This document shows, piece by piece, positions 53,201-60,678 of a DNA stretch of 64,000 nt. The notes below the pieces were generated by a model. The model searched no databases. It was given only the letters and a program-made list of their open reading frames with translations, and was not told where the DNA came from. Both the position numbers and the translations under genes were made by a program. Position 1 is the first letter of the stretch. Every line of letters starts with the position of its first letter. The stretch is from sequence record SRR22947727_339. One strand, given 5' to 3'.

Positions 53201-53306
53201 CCCACCTGCGATATCAAGTGGTGACACAGGTAATGTGCCTATACGGTCACAGTATGACTACCTTGGACGTACTGGGTTCCTTAACGTAACTAAAACATTC
53301 AACTAA
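50205..53306 (+). CDS. TonB-dependent receptor
   Basis: Signal peptide ending AFA-Q, TonB box EVVVTGSRI, plug motifs LRGL..NRTL.LINGRR and [25 protein letters not shown], C-terminal GINNLFD...YDYLGR...TF; ATG 50205 after AAGGGA. Confidence 0.95.
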   Translation: [1033 protein letters not shown]

Positions 53307-53329
53307 TAGTTTTAGTTTTGTGAGTTTAT

Positions 53330-53356
53330 GCGGCGGGCCTTGGCCCGCCGTTTTAA
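53330..53356 (+). terminator. GC-rich hairpin with a T-tract directly after the TBDR (intrinsic terminator or stabilising stem)
   Basis: CGGCGGGC-CTTG-GCCCGCCG followed by TTTTAATTT. Confidence 0.85.
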
Positions 53357-53375
53357 TTTGTACCGAAAGAGTTTT

Positions 53376-54164
53376 ATGCCTCGTATAATAGCCAAACCTG
53401 ATAATTTAGATGACAAGAATTCAAGCTTTTCACAAGAAAGATTAAAGTTATCAGTTTTTCTCAATAGTGTTCCAAAATCTGGTACCCATTTGCTTAAAAA
53501 TATTATGAGAATGTTTGTGCCTGTAAATCAACAACACAAAGATGATTTCATTCAATTTCCTAATCTAAAGGAAAACCGTCATGCCTTTCTTGATAAAAAA
53601 AATCCCGTTTTAAGCTGGGGACACTTGCTCTTTGCAGATACGCCGTCTTTATTATTAAAAGATGTAAAGCATGTTCTGCTAATAAGAGATCCGTATGATT
53701 GGGTTCTAGCACGTGCAAGATTCTTCTTATCTGAAAATTTTCAAGCAAATCTGGAACACTTAAAGTCTGGCCGAGTGCCAATGGATGATTTTCTAAACAT
53801 GATGATATTTGGTATTTATAATAAAGTTCCTACAATGGAAGAAATTTACACAAATAATGCAGTTTCATGGATAGGTACATCGGCAAAAGTTATAAAGTAT
53901 GAAGATTTAGTCTCGCATGTCAAAAATCTAGATGCGGCATCCACAGAGGCATTCTTCAAAGACTTACTTAAGCACTGCGGTGTAAAGTTACCAGAAGACT
54001 GGAAAGAAAGAGTAAAAGTTGGGTCAGATCGTAGCCAAAGTGGTACAGCACGTGAAAATTTAGACCTTGATAATCTAGATATTCCAAATGAATTACCTGA
54101 AATGCAAAAACGCTTAGTAGATTATGCTGCTCCAGGGCTCAGGCAGTTACTAGGTTATAACTAA
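53376..54164 (+). CDS. Sulfotransferase-fold (PAPS-binding P-loop) protein
   Basis: 5'-PSB-like SVPKSGTHLL, GH, 3'-PB-like IRDPYD and IKYEDLV; ATG 53376 chosen because the ORF-track start lies in the hairpin. Confidence 0.7.
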   Translation: MPRIIAKPDNLDDKNSSFSQERLKLSVFLNSVPKSGTHLLKNIMRMFVPVNQQHKDDFIQFPNLKENRHAFLDKKNPVLSWGHLLFADTPSLLLKDVKHVLLIRDPYDWVLARARFFLSENFQANLEHLKSGRVPMDDFLNMMIFGIYNKVPTMEEIYTNNAVSWIGTSAKVIKYEDLVSHVKNLDAASTEAFFKDLLKHCGVKLPEDWKERVKVGSDRSQSGTARENLDLDNLDIPNELPEMQKRLVDYAAPGLRQLLGYN

Positions 54165-55765
54165 ACCCACCCAGCAGGAACCTTATTACCTTTCCAAGGC
54201 TTCATCCCCAAAGCATGATGCAACCAAATGTGATGTGGAGGTATCTTAGAAGGAGCTTGTTTTAATCTATCCATTACAAATGGAAATACTCGTGATGGCT
54301 TTAATGAATCTGAAAACTCGTCCTCTCTCCAACCCATACCGAATAAAATAGCTTCATAACTTTCATGGTTCCATAATCCTGCCGTATCAACTGGCGGCCT
54401 AGGATCCATGTCATCATCTGCAACGACATTATAGTTGAAACCCATGAAAGCTTGATCATCAAAATCAGCCATAGACGGGGATTTAATTTTCCAATGTTCA
54501 AATTTGGCCAATAACCTATCCGTAATATGCTCAGGCTTTTGGACCTCTTTCCAAAATTCCGTATCAGTCCTTTTACTTAGACAATAGTGCATATTAATGA
54601 AGTCTAATACTTCGTAGTACCTGTTGGATATTATACGGTTAAACCGATAAGATAATTGCGGCATATCTTCGTCTCTATCTGGAAAATGCTCAGCTAACAT
54701 AACAGCGGCAAGGTCACAGAAATAAAGACCCGTTGATTCAAGAGGCTCAATAAAGCCTCCAGATAAGCCAATAGAAATACAATTTCCTGACCATGCCTTA
54801 CGCCTTTGTCCGCTTTTAAACTTTATAATCCGAGTATCTACATCTTTTAATTTTGGGTCTTGATAATCGAGTAATTCTCTTTTTGCTTTCTCTTCGGTCG
54901 TAAATGAACTTGAATGAACATATCCGATAGAGCGCCGGCTTTGCAGTGGAGTATCCCAGACCCAGCCTGATGAAAGTGCCGTAGCCGTTGTATAAGGGCG
55001 GACATAACCGGGAAAATAATCTTCATAATCAAATGCGGCTATAATGGCTTGGTCGCACAGAAGCCACTGGCTATAATCGTCATAAGGAACTTCAAGAGCC
55101 TTCCCCATTAGTAAAGATTTAAAACCCGTGCAATCAACAAAAATATCGCCTTCAACTAACGTTTCATTGTCTAGTTCAACATGTTTTATATGACCATTAT
55201 CGACTTTTGCATTTTTCATATTTGCTAAAATATGAGTAACACCGCGTTCGACAGAAAAATCTCTAAGGTAATCAGCAAATTTTTGGGCATTCATATGAAA
55301 TGCATATTTTAATGGAGGCCCCATAGTCCATTGGCCTAACATTTTCGGAGAAAGGTTCATCTCGCACAGAATAGGTTGAGCAGATACGGTTTCCATAAAT
55401 GGAATATTTCTTTTACTTTCCATCCAATCTCGTCCTGAGAAATCAATGGGACCTTGGCGAGCTCTACTAAAGGGGTGGTGGTAAAATGAATTATCATTTT
55501 TATGCCAATTTACATACTTTATTGATTGTTTAAATGTTGCATCCGTAGCCTTCATAAAAGTCGCTTCATCAAGTCCAATGACGCTCAAAACGTGATTTAT
55601 GGATGGAATAGATGCCTCACCAACTGTTATCCTTGGTATGTCGGGCGATTCAATTAACGTGATATCAACTACTTTTTTCTTACCTTTATCGTTGAGAGCT
55701 CCATTGAGGTATGCAGCGGCCATCCAACCTGCAGAGCCGCCTCCAACTATTACCAATCGTCTCAT
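54161..55765 (-). CDS. Flavin-dependent halogenase (tryptophan halogenase family)
   Basis: GGGSAG, VGEASIP, catalytic Lys in ATFKQSI, FVDCTGF, WVWDTP (WxWxIP variant) and FIEPLESTG. Confidence 0.9.
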   Translation of the reverse strand: MRRLVIVGGGSAGWMAAAYLNGALNDKGKKKVVDITLIESPDIPRITVGEASIPSINHVLSVIGLDEATFMKATDATFKQSIKYVNWHKNDNSFYHHPFSRARQGPIDFSGRDWMESKRNIPFMETVSAQPILCEMNLSPKMLGQWTMGPPLKYAFHMNAQKFADYLRDFSVERGVTHILANMKNAKVDNGHIKHVELDNETLVEGDIFVDCTGFKSLLMGKALEVPYDDYSQWLLCDQAIIAAFDYEDYFPGYVRPYTTATALSSGWVWDTPLQSRRSIGYVHSSSFTTEEKAKRELLDYQDPKLKDVDTRIIKFKSGQRRKAWSGNCISIGLSGGFIEPLESTGLYFCDLAAVMLAEHFPDRDEDMPQLSYRFNRIISNRYYEVLDFINMHYCLSKRTDTEFWKEVQKPEHITDRLLAKFEHWKIKSPSMADFDDQAFMGFNYNVVADDDMDPRPPVDTAGLWNHESYEAILFGMGWREDEFSDSLKPSRVFPFVMDRLKQAPSKIPPHHIWLHHALGMKPWKGNKVPAGWV

Positions 55766-55975
55766 CTTAATAAAATAACCTCCAGAAGTATTTCTATATA
55801 TTTAACATAAAGCCAAGTAAATTAAAATCTAATCTTAACTTTATACGTTCGTGATAAGATATAATTTTAATACAGCTATCTATTTCACAAAAAATATCAT
55901 TTGCTATGAGACAGAATGACACTAATTTTATAAACATATTGATATGTATTAACTTCAGCAACACAAAGGTCTCAA

Positions 55976-57424
55976 ATGTTAGATTTAAAAACAGGTAACT
56001 TTATAAATGGTGAGTTAGTTGATGGTGATACTGAAAAATTATTAGTTAGTATAAACCCCGCTACTGGCAGCCAGCTTACAGAAATCAAACTCGCAAGCCT
56101 TCAGCAAGCAAATCATACCGTAGAGATTGCCAAAAAGAATCAAAAAAAATGGGCGGAATTGTCGGGTAAAGAACGTGGACGTATTCTTCATAAAACTGCG
56201 GAATTAATCAGACAAAATAGAGACAGGCTCGCAAAATTAGAAACTTTAGATGCCGGAAAGCCGATATCAGAAACCCCTGAGGCTGATATTGACAGTGCCG
56301 CAGATTGTTTTGAATATTTTTCTGCTATTGCCCACACAATGCAAAGTGAACACATCCCAGTTGACGGTGGCTTTGCTTATACAACGCTTGATCCACTTGG
56401 CGTCGTGCTAGCTATTGGCGCTTGGAATTATCCATTTCAAATTGCTAGCTGGAAAACTGCTCCGGCTTTGGCTTGTGGAAATTCAGTTATTTTTAAACCC
56501 TCAGAATTAACCCCTATAACTGCGAGTGAACTTGCAAAAATCTTGAAAAAAGCAGGGCTTCCAGATGGAGTCTTTAATGTCTTAAATGTTGAAACAAAAA
56601 CTATTGTCAATTTGTGCGCTCATAAAGATATAGCAAAGGTCTCTATTACCGGTTCAGTTGAAACAGGGAAAAAAGTAATGTCTCAGAGTGCTTCAACTCT
56701 TAAACACATTACAATGGAATTAGGAGGGAAATCCCCTCTTATTATTTTTAAAGATGCAGATATGGATATTGCGGTGCAATCAGCTATTAATGCAAATTTT
56801 TATACACAAGGTGAAATATGTACAAATGGTACTCGTGTCTTTGTAGAGCGACCTGTATATGAAAACTTCTTAAGTGTAATAAAAAATGCAACAGAGGCTT
56901 TAAAAGTAGGAGATCCACTAGACCCTGAAACAGATATTGGCTCCCTAATAAGTAAGCAACACATGCAAAAAGTTTTAAGCTATATCAAATCAGGTATTGA
57001 TGAAGGTGCAAAAATTATTGCAGGCGGGTTACAAGTTACAAAAGGTAACTTAAAAAATGGAAACTTTATTCAGCCAACCATATTTAGTGATGTGAAAGAT
57101 AATATGAAGATCGCGCGAGAAGAAATATTCGGACCTGTGATGTGTGTGATGCCTTTTGATACAGAGATTGAAGTTATCGAAAGGGCTAATAATACCGAAC
57201 TAGGCCTAGCTGCAGGAGTCATTACCAAAAATCTCTCTAAAGGACACAGAGTGGCAAAAGCCTTAGAAGCTGGAATTTGCTGGGTGAATTCATATAATCT
57301 AACACCCGTAAATATACCTTTTGGCGGAAAAAAAATGTCAGGATTAGGACGAGAAAATGGGTGGGCTGCTGTCGAAAACTATACTGAACGCAAAACTATT
57401 TTTGTAGCAATAGAACAAGAATAA
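55976..57424 (+). CDS. betB: Betaine-aldehyde dehydrogenase-like ALDH
   Basis: GAWNYPFQIASWK.APALA, KPSE, ELGGKSP, ANFYTQGEICTNGTRV and EEIFGPV. Confidence 0.8.
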   Translation: MLDLKTGNFINGELVDGDTEKLLVSINPATGSQLTEIKLASLQQANHTVEIAKKNQKKWAELSGKERGRILHKTAELIRQNRDRLAKLETLDAGKPISETPEADIDSAADCFEYFSAIAHTMQSEHIPVDGGFAYTTLDPLGVVLAIGAWNYPFQIASWKTAPALACGNSVIFKPSELTPITASELAKILKKAGLPDGVFNVLNVETKTIVNLCAHKDIAKVSITGSVETGKKVMSQSASTLKHITMELGGKSPLIIFKDADMDIAVQSAINANFYTQGEICTNGTRVFVERPVYENFLSVIKNATEALKVGDPLDPETDIGSLISKQHMQKVLSYIKSGIDEGAKIIAGGLQVTKGNLKNGNFIQPTIFSDVKDNMKIAREEIFGPVMCVMPFDTEIEVIERANNTELGLAAGVITKNLSKGHRVAKALEAGICWVNSYNLTPVNIPFGGKKMSGLGRENGWAAVENYTERKTIFVAIEQE

Positions 57425-57465
57425 CATTCAAATTAGCATATATCCCATTTAAAGAAATCCTATAA

Positions 57466-57497
57466 CTGGCTCAATATAATTGCCGTTGCTGGTTCTA
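57466..57497 (+). promoter_or_regulatory. Putative TauR operator upstream of tpa (direct repeat)
   Basis: CTGGCTCAA at 57466 and CTGGTTCTA at 57489, 23 bp apart; the same layout occurs upstream of xsc. Confidence 0.6.
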
Positions 57498-57600
57498 AAC
57501 AACGCATATCGTTCTAATGCAGTTCTACTTAAGTAATGAGCGAAATATTCAGATAATTCATTAGGTCATATTTCGCAATTAACATAAGTGGGAGAAAGCT

Positions 57601-58983
57601 ATGTTAGTTTCACAAAGTAATGATGAAGTCATTCAAAAAGACCGCAACTCTGTTTGGCATCACCTAACGCAGCATAAAGACCTTGATACAAAAGATCCTT
57701 TTATTATTGCTGAAGGAAAAGGTATGATTGTAAAAGATACTACTGGCAAAGAATACCTGGATGCGACGTCCGGCGGGGTATGGTCAGTAAATGTCGGTTA
57801 TGGCCGAGAGAGCATTGCAAAGTCTGTAGCGGATCAATTAACCAAAATGTGTTACTATTCTGGAACAGGTGGAACTATACCTGGCGCTTTATTTGCTAAT
57901 GCACTTATTGATAAAATGCCGGGACTTAGCCGTGTGTATTATTCAAATTCTGGGTCAGAAGCCAATGAAAAGGGTTATAAAATGGTCAGACAGCTCTCTC
58001 GTATTGAGGGGGACGGGTCAAAACATAAAATAATTTATCGCCATCGTGATTATCATGGAACCACAATAGGTGCATTAAGCTCTTCTGGTCAATCAGAACG
58101 CCGTGAGGATTACGGGCCCTTTGCTCCAGGTTTTGCAGAATTTTGTAATGCCAATTGTTATAGATGCCCCTTTGGAAAAAAGTATGGTGAATGCAATATA
58201 GAATGTGCTTATGACTTAGAGAGGGTTATACTTGAAGAGGGCCCAGAAAATGTAGGCTCAGTAGTTTTAGAACCCATTACTGCCGGTGGGGGCGTAATAG
58301 TTCCAGTCGATGAATATTACCCTATCATCCAAAAAATTTGCAAAAAATATGATATTTTATTGCATATTGACGAAGTCGTTTGTGGTTTTGGACGAACAGG
58401 TAAATGGTTCGGGTATCAAAATTACGATGTGCAACCTGAAATAGTAACCATGGCTAAAGGATTGGCCAGCGGATATGCTGCTATTTCCTGCACAGTAACA
58501 AATGAAAATATATTTAATCGATTTAAAGTTAATCCAGGTGATAAGATGTCTTATTTTCGGGACATTAGTACGTTTGGGGGATGCGCAGGCGGTCATGCGG
58601 CAGCAATTGAAAATTTAGCCATTATTGAAAGAGAGAATTTGATTGAAAATTCTCAAAAAATTGGAGAATATCTTTTAGATAAACTAAAAGGCTTGAAGGA
58701 TAAACATACCTTTGTTGGAGATGCACGAGGAAAAGGCCTTTTAGCTGGTATAGAATTAATTAGTAACCCCAACACAAACGAACCTGCTGATGAACTCTTT
58801 GCCATAAAGGTTACAAATTATTGTAAGAAAAAAGGACTTCTAATTGGTCGTACTAATCGAAGTATACCCTCAAACAACAATACTTTATGCTTGACACCTG
58901 CTCTTATTGCTGGACGGTCAGAGATTGATGATATTATAAATATTTTAGATGAAGCATTAGAGGAAATACATCCACTAACTTAA
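57601..58983 (+). CDS. tpa: Taurine:pyruvate aminotransferase (class III PLP enzyme)
   Basis: WHHLTQHK, GGVWSVNVGYGR, SGSEANE, DEVVCGFGRTG, AKGLASGY and RDISTFGG; next to tauR-xsc-pta. Confidence 0.85.
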   Translation: MLVSQSNDEVIQKDRNSVWHHLTQHKDLDTKDPFIIAEGKGMIVKDTTGKEYLDATSGGVWSVNVGYGRESIAKSVADQLTKMCYYSGTGGTIPGALFANALIDKMPGLSRVYYSNSGSEANEKGYKMVRQLSRIEGDGSKHKIIYRHRDYHGTTIGALSSSGQSERREDYGPFAPGFAEFCNANCYRCPFGKKYGECNIECAYDLERVILEEGPENVGSVVLEPITAGGGVIVPVDEYYPIIQKICKKYDILLHIDEVVCGFGRTGKWFGYQNYDVQPEIVTMAKGLASGYAAISCTVTNENIFNRFKVNPGDKMSYFRDISTFGGCAGGHAAAIENLAIIERENLIENSQKIGEYLLDKLKGLKDKHTFVGDARGKGLLAGIELISNPNTNEPADELFAIKVTNYCKKKGLLIGRTNRSIPSNNNTLCLTPALIAGRSEIDDIINILDEALEEIHPLT

Positions 58984-60470
58984 GTTTTATTTAATTTAGA
59001 TGTTATACTTTCAGCAACCTGACTGATTATTTTTATACCTTCTTCGATATTATTTTCATTTATCGAAGTGTATCCCAGTCTAAATCTATTATAGGGTCTA
59101 TCATCTGAAATATAATGAATATTACCTGGCTCAATGAGCACACCTTTTTGTAAACATCTTTGCGCCAAAACTCTTGCATCAAGGATTGTAGGGCCTGTTA
59201 CCCAAATTGATGAACCGCCTTGATTTGGCGATATTGTCCAAGCGGGTAAGTACTTATTCATGCTTTCTAATAATTTAAGACGTTTACTTCTGTTTGATTT
59301 TATTAAGGCACGTAAAAGGCTTTCATGGTGACCACGTGCTAAAAAATAGGCAGCAGCTCTTTGGTTGTTTGCCGCAGGGTGCCTCATTATTAACCTGCGC
59401 AATGCCCGAGCTTCATTTATAAAAGCTTTAGGTCCAACTAAATAACCTAATCTGAGGCCTGGAGCTAAAGTTTTAGATAAACTTCCAACATATATAACAC
59501 GGCCATACTTATCATCACTCATTAAAGCAGGAAGTGGCTTATAGTTAAAATTTGTTTCCGCTTCATAATCATCCTCAATTATTAAAAAATCTTTTTCTTC
59601 GGCTAACTCTAAAATTTTTTTCCGCCGGGCTTCCGATAGCGTCACAGTTGATGGAGATTGGTGACTCGGTGTCAAATAGATACCATCACAAACATCTAAT
59701 GCAGGGCTGATGGTAATTCCGTGATTATCAACGCAAAGAGGCTTTACATTTTTTGTAAAGGCTAACGCTATATTGCGCACATCAGGATAACCCGGCTCTT
59801 CAATACCAAAAGTACTATTTTTTGTGAGCATGAGACGCAATGTTGTATAAAGGGCATTCTGAGCCCCAACTGTGACTAGTATTTGATCTTCATCAACCCA
59901 CAAGCCTCGCCGTGGTAGAAGTTTATTTCTTATCTGCTCTACAAGTAATCTATCGTCTCGGTCTATAAGGTCTTGTGACCAATCTGAAATTTCCTGAACA
60001 CCAACAGCGTCCCGCCAGCACTCGCGCCAATGTCGCACTGGGAAAAGTCTTGGATCTATCTGACCGTAAACAAAACAATATTTAAAATCTCTCCAATTGG
60101 ACGGTTTTACAATATTTCTTAACTTGGTAGCCTTAAACGTCAATTTGTTTGACCAATCAACTGATCCTGACTCAAGACTATTTTCAACATCTGATCTAGA
60201 TTTCTGTAATGCCTTATCTTCTAAAACGCTATTATTTACAAAATAACCGCTACGCTCACGTGAAATAATGAATTCATCATCCTGCAAAGATTCGTAAGCA
60301 GCCATTACAGTGTTACGTGCTATGCCAAGCCTTTCCGATAAACTTCGGCTAGAGGGCATAGGCGTCCCTGGAGCTATGCGTCCCTCAATAATGGCAGCAG
60401 AAATCTTGTCTCGAAGCTGGTTTTGTAAGCCTCGTTTATTATTTCTATCCAATTTAAACAAAAAATCCAT
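58980..60470 (-). CDS. tauR: MocR/GntR family PLP-domain regulator TauR
   Basis: wHTH PSSRSLS..LGIARNTV plus aminotransferase-like domain (TPSHQ.P, IIEDDY, GSLSKTLAPGLRLG); divergent from xsc; start is 60470 or 60506. Confidence 0.82.
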   Translation of the reverse strand: MDFLFKLDRNNKRGLQNQLRDKISAAIIEGRIAPGTPMPSSRSLSERLGIARNTVMAAYESLQDDEFIISRERSGYFVNNSVLEDKALQKSRSDVENSLESGSVDWSNKLTFKATKLRNIVKPSNWRDFKYCFVYGQIDPRLFPVRHWRECWRDAVGVQEISDWSQDLIDRDDRLLVEQIRNKLLPRRGLWVDEDQILVTVGAQNALYTTLRLMLTKNSTFGIEEPGYPDVRNIALAFTKNVKPLCVDNHGITISPALDVCDGIYLTPSHQSPSTVTLSEARRKKILELAEEKDFLIIEDDYEAETNFNYKPLPALMSDDKYGRVIYVGSLSKTLAPGLRLGYLVGPKAFINEARALRRLIMRHPAANNQRAAAYFLARGHHESLLRALIKSNRSKRLKLLESMNKYLPAWTISPNQGGSSIWVTGPTILDARVLAQRCLQKGVLIEPGNIHYISDDRPYNRFRLGYTSINENNIEEGIKIISQVAESITSKLNKT

Positions 60471-60561
60471 TTTATTTCCATTAGCGAACTGGGAATAAGA
60501 GTACATTTGTTAGTATCTGATTTTCTACAGTAAGTTAATAATAATTAATGAACAAGAAGGG

Positions 60562-60593
60562 ATGGTATAAATTATTCTACTAATCTGGTTCTA
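60562..60593 (+). promoter_or_regulatory. Putative TauR operator upstream of xsc (direct repeat)
   Basis: ATGGTATAA at 60562 and CTGGTTCTA at 60585, 23 bp apart. Confidence 0.55.
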
Positions 60594-60678
60594 TCAAATA
60601 AGTGTTTTACATAGATAATAACATACTTATCTTAATACCAAGTATTTCTGATTATAAAAAAAGTAAAGGTTAAAACAA

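Noticed and set aside
53328-53375. ORF-track start MRRALARR, which resembles a Tat signal
   Set aside because: These codons are the GC hairpin after the TBDR, and no hydrophobic region follows.
55800-55827. ATTTAACATAA, the reverse complement of the XerD arm of dif (TTATGTTAAAT)
   Set aside because: The position of the XerC arm (TTTTAATTTAC on the - strand) does not resemble dif, and an AT-rich 11-mer is plausible by chance here.
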